DNA from: Polyangiaceae bacterium
GTDB taxonomy: Bacteria; Myxococcota_A; Polyangia; Polyangiales; Polyangiaceae
NCBI GenBank assembly: GCA_044222475.1
Contig: JBGANF010000027.1
Location: forward strand, 1 to 64,000
Length of the DNA: 64,000 nt
Reading direction: 5' to 3'
Positions 58,505 through 64,000 of this stretch are shown one piece after another (position 1 is the stretch's first letter; the number at the start of each line of letters is the position of its first letter). The notes beneath the pieces were generated by a model. The model made no database searches and was not told the DNA's origin. It was given only the letters and a program-made list of their open reading frames with translations. The position numbers and the translations under genes are program-made.

Positions 58505-59518
58505 CTACGCGCGCGGCGCGACGAGGTAGAGCGCGATGGTCGCCCCGCGCCCGGGAGCGCTGTCGATCCGCACGTGGCCGCCGCACGCGGTCGCGAAGCC
58601 GTACGCGAGCGGGAGGCCGAGGCCGATGCCCTTGCCCCGCTGCTTCGTGGTGAAGAACGGCTCGAGCGCGCGCTCGCGCACGCGCTCATCCATGCCGACG
58701 CCGTCGTCGACGAAGCGAAGGACGAGGTGCGGACCCGGGCGCGCTCCGCTGTGGAGCTCGGCCTCGCGCTCGTCGACCACGGCGTCGAGAGTCTCGATCG
58801 AGAGCGTTCCGCCGTTCGGCATGGCCTCGCGCGCGTTGTCGACGATGGCGACGACGGCGGTTTCCATCGACTGCGCGTCGATCAGGGCACGGGGCTGGGT
58901 CGCGACGCACCGCAGCTCGACCTTTACGTTGGGGCCAGCGTGCTCGGCGACCTTGGCGCGCAGCCCGTCGAGGAGCGCGTGGACGTCCGTCGGAACGACG
59001 CTGACGCCGCTCGGACGGCTGAACGCCATGAGCCGACGGAGCAGCTCGGCGGCCCGCTGACCGCTTCGCTTCACCTCTTCGGCGTCGCCGAACGACGCGT
59101 GTCCGGGCCCGAGATCGGCCACGAGGAAATCGGAGTAGCTGAGGATGACCGAGAGGAGGTTGTTGAGGTCGTGGACGACGCTCCCGGCAAACCGACCGAG
59201 AGCCTGCATCTTGAGGCTTTCGCGGGTGGCGGCCTCGACGGCGCGGCGATGGCTCACGTCGTGAAGGGCGACGAGGTCGGCCGCGCGACCGTCGTGGGTC
59301 ACGGCTCGCGTCCGCGTCTCGACGTCGCGCGTCTTGCCGTCGGGGCGGCGGACGACGTCGCCGTCGCGCAGCGACGCGATGTCCATGCCGACGAGATCAT
59401 CGCGTCCGAACAGCTCGCGCGCAGACTGGTTGGCCACGCGAATGCGTCCGTCGCCGTCGACGACGACCATCGCGACCGGGCTCGCGTCGAACAGCTCATC
59501 CATTCGAGGTCTTGCCAT
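58505..59518 (-). CDS. PAS-domain histidine kinase
   Basis: LFDASPVAMVVVDGDGRIRVAN, VHDLNNLL, NAREAM, DDGVGM, EPFFTTK, GLGL. Confidence 0.9.
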   Translation of the reverse strand: MARPRMDELFDASPVAMVVVDGDGRIRVANQSARELFGRDDLVGMDIASLRDGDVVRRPDGKTRDVETRTRAVTHDGRAADLVALHDVSHRRAVEAATRESLKMQALGRFAGSVVHDLNNLLSVILSYSDFLVADLGPGHASFGDAEEVKRSGQRAAELLRRLMAFSRPSGVSVVPTDVHALLDGLRAKVAEHAGPNVKVELRCVATQPRALIDAQSMETAVVAIVDNAREAMPNGGTLSIETLDAVVDEREAELHSGARPGPHLVLRFVDDGVGMDERVRERALEPFFTTKQRGKGIGLGLPLAYGFATACGGHVRIDSAPGRGATIALYLVAPRA

Positions 59519-59565
59519 CGTCGCATGCTTGCTGCATCGCGAGCGAGCGCATATCGTCCTTCGCC

Positions 59566-59994
59566 ATGGCCGATCCCCTTCCGCAGCGGGTCAAACGTTT
59601 CTACGAACGCGTCTCGACGGACGGCAACGCCGCCCTCGTCGAGCTCCCCGATCTCTACTCGGACGACGTCCACTTCATCAACCCGGTGGTCGACGAGCGC
59701 GGCCTCCGCGCCTTCGAGAAGCAGTGGACGAAGGCGCTGAAGAGCTACAAGGTCTTCCGCTTCGAGCACATCGAGCTCGTCGGCGACGAACAGATCTTCA
59801 CGCTGACGTACTCGATGTCGATCAAGTTCGCGGTCGGCCCCACGTTCAAGACCGAGATGGCCACCGATTGCCACGGCCGCGACGGCAAGGTCTTCTTCTG
59901 CCGCGACTACTTCGATCCGCTCGGTACCCTCGTCCAGCCGTTCCCGGTCGTGTCCTGGGCGTACAAGAAGATCTTCGGGTTGCTCGTCGCATGA
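59566..59994 (+). CDS. NTF2/SnoaL-like protein
   Basis: LYSDDVHFINP..G..F and C-terminal GKV..RDYFD. Confidence 0.82.
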   Translation: MADPLPQRVKRFYERVSTDGNAALVELPDLYSDDVHFINPVVDERGLRAFEKQWTKALKSYKVFRFEHIELVGDEQIFTLTYSMSIKFAVGPTFKTEMATDCHGRDGKVFFCRDYFDPLGTLVQPFPVVSWAYKKIFGLLVA

Positions 59995-61871
59995 TTCCGA
60001 TCGGTGCGGACGGGCTCTACCACCCCGCGAACGAGGCCGAGCTCGTGGACCTCGTGAAGGCGGCGCGGGCGGGCGGAAAACAGCTGCGCGTTCTCGGGTC
60101 GACCCACTCGGTGTGGCGGGCGATCGTGACCGATCACTTCGACGGGCCGGACACGCCGCAGAACGAGATCGCCGTCGTGCTCGATCGCATGACCAAGATC
60201 TCCGACCCGATCGACGATCCCGCGAACCCCGGCATGAAGCTCGTGACGGTGGAGGCGGGTTGCCACCTCGGAGCGTCGCCCCACCGCATGACCGAGGGGC
60301 GCATCGACCCGGCGGGCATCGACGACTTCGAGATCGACGACACCGCGCCGTCGCCGTGGCACGAGGGCACCTGGGAGAAGAGCCTCAACTCCACGCTTCA
60401 CCACGAGTGGAAGCTCGCGTTCTCCGATCTCGGGGGGATCTCCCACCAGACGGTCGCGGGGTTCATCTCGACCGGGTCGGCCGGCGGGACGACGAAGTGG
60501 TCCGTGCACTCCGCGATCGCCAAGCTGCGCGTGATCGACGGCGACGGCAACGTGACCGAGCTCGGGCCGGCCGGCCCCGACGTGGACTGGTTCCGCGCTG
60601 CCGGGATCGGGATGGGTCTCTGCGGAGTCATCTCTGCGGTCACCTTCCGCGTCGAGCCCCGGTACGACATCGTCGGCTCCGAGACGATCAGCGCCGCCGG
60701 CCTGAGCGACGTCCTCGATTTCTACGACGACCGGCCGCACTCCGGGCTGCCGACGCTGGAGCAGTTCCTGCTGCAGACGGACTACTCGCGGCTCATGTGG
60801 TGGCCCCAGCGCGACTTCGATCGCCTCGTCGTGTGGCAGGCCGCTCGCGCGCCGTACGCGGACGATCGAAAGATTGTACCTTACAAGGAAATCGCGATGT
60901 TTCCGGTGCTGTCGCAGGTGGCGGCGTCGGTCATCTACACCGTGCTCGGCAACATCGACAATCCATCGCGTGCGATCGCGGCGCTCGCGCCGGTGAGGGC
61001 GCACCCTGCGGTGATGGCCGCCGGCAAGGGCTTCGGCACCGAGCTGCGCGCCGCCCTGCGTCCCCCGCCCGACCCCGATTTCTCGTACGAGGGACAGCAC
61101 TTGCTGCCGTGGCTCTCGGCGCTCTTCGAGAAGCTGCGCGGCGAGCGACACGATCCGATCACGCTCGCCGCCGGCTGGGTCCCCATCATCGAGTTCCTCG
61201 TGACCGGGAGCGACGAGCTCATCGCGGTCGCGCTGAAGCTCCCGATCATCAAGCCGCTGTTCTCGCTCCTCGGGTCGGCGGTGCCGGAGGCGATCGGCGC
61301 GATCCTCGGCCTCTTCGTGACGACCGGCGTGGCGGGCGCGCCGAAGACGCAGCACTTTCAGGATCGCTGGTTCCTCGGGCTCCCGATGGACAACCAGATG
61401 GACGATCTCTTGATGCCCACCTGGTTCACCGAGCTGTGGATCCCGTTCTCACCGGGTGACGGAACGGTGCGCAAGGTGATCTCGGCGATGCGCAAGGTGT
61501 TCGACGCGGACGGCACGGCGGCGGGCTGCTACCGGGCGACCGGGCCGTTCTCGTTCGAGCTGTACGCGGCCAAGGCCGACCCGACGTTCTTCCTCAGCCC
61601 TGCGACCGGCGCGAAGAACGTGTTCCGCGTCGACGTGTTCTGGTTCGGGCGGAACGCGGGGAACCCGGTGACGGATTTCTATCCCCAGTTCTGGGACGCG
61701 CTCGAGCCGTTCGACTATCGACTCCACTGGGGGAAGTTCTTGCCGCCGCCGAACCCGGCGAAGCTCGGCGCGAGGTACCCCGACTTCGCGAAGTGGAAGG
61801 CGGTGCGGAGCCGCGTCGATCCCGGCAACGTCTTCGTGACGAAGTACTGGAAAGACCACCTCGGGATCTGA
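59991..61871 (+). CDS. FAD-linked oxidase, aldonolactone oxidase (VAO-fold) family
   Basis: LRVLGSTHS, VEAG, LGGISHQTVAGFISTGSAG, GLCGVISAVT, C-terminal RLHWGK and DPGNVF; ATGA overlap with the NTF2 gene. Confidence 0.85.
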   Translation: MIPIGADGLYHPANEAELVDLVKAARAGGKQLRVLGSTHSVWRAIVTDHFDGPDTPQNEIAVVLDRMTKISDPIDDPANPGMKLVTVEAGCHLGASPHRMTEGRIDPAGIDDFEIDDTAPSPWHEGTWEKSLNSTLHHEWKLAFSDLGGISHQTVAGFISTGSAGGTTKWSVHSAIAKLRVIDGDGNVTELGPAGPDVDWFRAAGIGMGLCGVISAVTFRVEPRYDIVGSETISAAGLSDVLDFYDDRPHSGLPTLEQFLLQTDYSRLMWWPQRDFDRLVVWQAARAPYADDRKIVPYKEIAMFPVLSQVAASVIYTVLGNIDNPSRAIAALAPVRAHPAVMAAGKGFGTELRAALRPPPDPDFSYEGQHLLPWLSALFEKLRGERHDPITLAAGWVPIIEFLVTGSDELIAVALKLPIIKPLFSLLGSAVPEAIGAILGLFVTTGVAGAPKTQHFQDRWFLGLPMDNQMDDLLMPTWFTELWIPFSPGDGTVRKVISAMRKVFDADGTAAGCYRATGPFSFELYAAKADPTFFLSPATGAKNVFRVDVFWFGRNAGNPVTDFYPQFWDALEPFDYRLHWGKFLPPPNPAKLGARYPDFAKWKAVRSRVDPGNVFVTKYWKDHLGI

Positions 61872-61872
61872 G

Positions 61873-62355
61873 TCAGCCGGCGAACGCGCGGATTCGATCG
61901 GCAGCGGCGGCGAGCTTGCGACCGGTGCGCTCGGGCTCGGACGGGTTCATCAGGGCGCCGAGCCAGATGGAGGCGGTTCCGACGTCGGAGAAGACGCGCG
62001 CCGGGGCGCTCGATCGCGCGATGAGGCGGATGCCGGCGACCACGCTGCGGGCGACCGATGCGCCGAAGCCTTTGCCCTCGATGACCTCGCAGATCCCGCA
62101 GTAGTAGGGCTGGAACTCCTTCGTGATTGCGGTCGAGAGGTCGCGCGCGTCCTGCGGCATCGTGAGCGAGATCTTCTCGCCGACGATCGTCATCACCGCG
62201 AACTTCGGATAGGCCTTCTTCAGCTCGATGTGGGCGGGCTTGGCGCGCTGGATGCGGTCGAGCGTGACGGCCGTGCGGAACGACCAGACGAGGCAGTTTT
62301 CCACCGTGCCGATGGAGAAATCAGGCTCTTCGAAGATGAGTCGGAAGTCCGCCAT
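61873..62355 (-). CDS. Hypothetical protein (STAS/SEC14-like fold possible)
   Basis: 160 aa; EGKGFGASVARSV and PARVFSD pattern. Confidence 0.7.
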   Translation of the reverse strand: MADFRLIFEEPDFSIGTVENCLVWSFRTAVTLDRIQRAKPAHIELKKAYPKFAVMTIVGEKISLTMPQDARDLSTAITKEFQPYYCGICEVIEGKGFGASVARSVVAGIRLIARSSAPARVFSDVGTASIWLGALMNPSEPERTGRKLAAAADRIRAFAG

Positions 62356-62448
62356 GCGTCGGAGGATGATGCACGAATCCGAATGGATGAATCAATGGGC
62401 CCGGGCGGGGCGTGATGTCCCAATCCATCGGTCGGATGGGCGATACGC

Positions 62449-63039
62449 CTACCGAAACGGCGCGTCGCGCGGGGGCACCCAACGCGCCGCTTCGACGGCG
62501 GCATCGAGGGCGGCAGCCACCCACTCGGTCTGGACCTCGACGTCGGGGAAGTGGAGCTCGACCTTGCCGTGCTCGTAGACGAACGACGTGAGCTTCCGCA
62601 CCGCGAGCGGCGCGATGAACGCGCGAAGCGACGGGCCGAGGAGCGCGGGCGCGAGGGACTCCGGCTCGGCGCGGACGAGGAACGCCTCGTCGAACGCTTC
62701 GTCGCCGACCGACACGTCCTGGGTGAAGGCGTGCTTCAGGAAGCCGAGGGCGCCGCCCGGGTTGGGGACGAGGAAGACCTTTCCCGCGACGTCGGTGAGG
62801 GGGACGGCGGTGATGCGCGTGTGGCCGAACCCGTTGCGGTCGAGCTCGATCCACGCGCGGCATTTCACGCCGAGCAGCTCGCCTTCGATCGCCGGAGCGC
62901 CTGACGTGCTCGTGAACTCGAGCTTGCGCTCCTTCGCGAGGCGGGCCCACGGCTCGAGCGATCGCGCGATCGCGTCGGCGTCGTCTTTTCTGCGCTTGGC
63001 CGCGGCGGCGGCGGCGGCGATGACTGCTCCGGCTGCCAT
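62449..63039 (-). CDS. Hypothetical protein (196 aa)
   Basis: QDVSVGDEAFDEAFLVR; preceded by a TACGGT box. Confidence 0.7.
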   Translation of the reverse strand: MAAGAVIAAAAAAAKRRKDDADAIARSLEPWARLAKERKLEFTSTSGAPAIEGELLGVKCRAWIELDRNGFGHTRITAVPLTDVAGKVFLVPNPGGALGFLKHAFTQDVSVGDEAFDEAFLVRAEPESLAPALLGPSLRAFIAPLAVRKLTSFVYEHGKVELHFPDVEVQTEWVAAALDAAVEAARWVPPRDAPFR

Positions 63040-63103
63040 GGGTCGACCGTATCAGGGCGCGGGGTGGAGCGCGAGCAACGCCGAGTCGTGGTAGCTTTGC
63101 ATC

Positions 63104-63361
63104 ATGAAAAGGGCGCTTCCCGCATCGTTCGTCGCTCTTCTTCTGTTTGCTCTGTTCGCCGCGACCACGAGCAGCGCCGCTCCGACACCTTCGCCGGCGC
63201 CTCCGCGTGGCGGCACGGCGACGTGCGGTGACTGGAAGTGCGACCCGCCCGAAGACTGCAAGACGTGCCCGCAGGACTGCGGCAAGTGCTGCGGCAACTA
63301 TAAATGCGAGCCGCCCGAGGACTGCCACTCCTGCCCGCAGGACTGCGGTTCCTGCAAGTGA
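63104..63361 (+). CDS. Small secreted Cys-rich protein, two 22-aa six-Cys repeats
   Basis: Signal peptide, then CGDWKCDPPEDCKTCPQDCGKC / CGNYKCEPPEDCHSCPQDCGSC. Confidence 0.82.
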   Translation: MKRALPASFVALLLFALFAATTSSAAPTPSPAPPRGGTATCGDWKCDPPEDCKTCPQDCGKCCGNYKCEPPEDCHSCPQDCGSCK

Positions 63362-63379
63362 CGCCGCTCGCGTAGCGCG

Positions 63380-64000
63380 ATGGCCGTGCCGCGGTGGAAG
63401 GATCTCGCGCGGAAGCTCGCGCTGACGAGCGGCGCGACGGTGTTCGCGCTGTCCCTCGCCGAGTGCGCGTTTCGAGCGCACCAGTCGCGCGAGGCGAAGG
63501 GCTACGACGACACGTGGCACGCGCAGATGCGCGCGATGAACGGGACGATCTACCGGCGCTCGGACGACGCGACGCTCGTCTACGAGCCGGTGCCGAACGC
63601 GTCGGTGCCGATGTCCTACGGCGAGGCCGGCTTCAACGCGCAGTCGATGCGCGACGACCGCGAGCACTCGGTCGCGCCGGTGCCCGGGCGCACGCGCGTC
63701 GCGGTGTTGGGCGACTCGATCGTGTGGGGCGAGGATTTGCCGCTCGACAGCACGCTCCCGAGGGCGCTCGAGCGCGCGCTCGGCGCGGACCGCTTCGAGG
63801 TCCTCGGCTTCGGCGTCACCGGGTACGACACGGTCCAAGAGGCGGAGTGGTACCGCCGAACGGTGCGCGCGTTCCATCCGGCGATCGTGATCGTCGTGTA
63901 CTGCCTCAACGACATCTTCATCGCGAGCGGGCCGTTCAACAAATGGGCGACGCCGGCCGAGCTCCAGGTCAAAGAGGACCAAGAGGCGCTCGCCAATTCG
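63380..64000 (+). CDS. SGNH/GDSL hydrolase-family protein (runs off window end)
   Basis: Manual translation from ATG 63380: N-terminal TM, VAVLGDSIVWG, FGVTGY, YCLND. Confidence 0.85.
   Translation, partial: MAVPRWKDLARKLALTSGATVFALSLAECAFRAHQSREAKGYDDTWHAQMRAMNGTIYRRSDDATLVYEPVPNASVPMSYGEAGFNAQSMRDDREHSVAPVPGRTRVAVLGDSIVWGEDLPLDSTLPRALERALGADRFEVLGFGVTGYDTVQEAEWYRRTVRAFHPAIVIVVYCLNDIFIASGPFNKWATPAELQVKEDQEALANS

Overview
High-GC (about 70%) bacterial chromosomal segment. Gene content points to Myxococcota, probably the Polyangiia/Polyangiaceae side; this is inferred from the many Cys-rich lipoproteins with DAG/DGG linkers, the Ser/Thr kinase-PEGA/TPR-FHA sigma54 module and the zinc-ribbon-TPR protein. 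About 50 CDS are supported. Housekeeping and repair genes: mutS (partial), rsmA, uvrA, dksA and an atypical RNase HII-like gene. Also present: a MoxR/DUF58/DUF4350 set, a lipoprotein GH1, an accessory block (Gly-rich lipoprotein, PDZ protein, orphan lycopene-cyclase-like enzyme, kinase/EBP/LuxR signalling), a complete type IV minor pilin-PilY1 cluster followed by three lipoproteins, a flippase-MscS-twin antiporter cluster and a c-di-GMP/two-component cluster. No rRNA, tRNA, cas or transposase genes were seen. The most unusual feature is non-coding: an ~870 bp imperfect palindrome at 35069-35935. It is built from inward-facing ~36 bp tandem units, and each arm carries a copy of a four-hairpin core with compensatory base changes between copies. 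Many genes also have a TAnnnT box 6-9 nt before the start codon, suggesting widespread leaderless transcription. All family calls come from motif recognition by eye, not from database searches.
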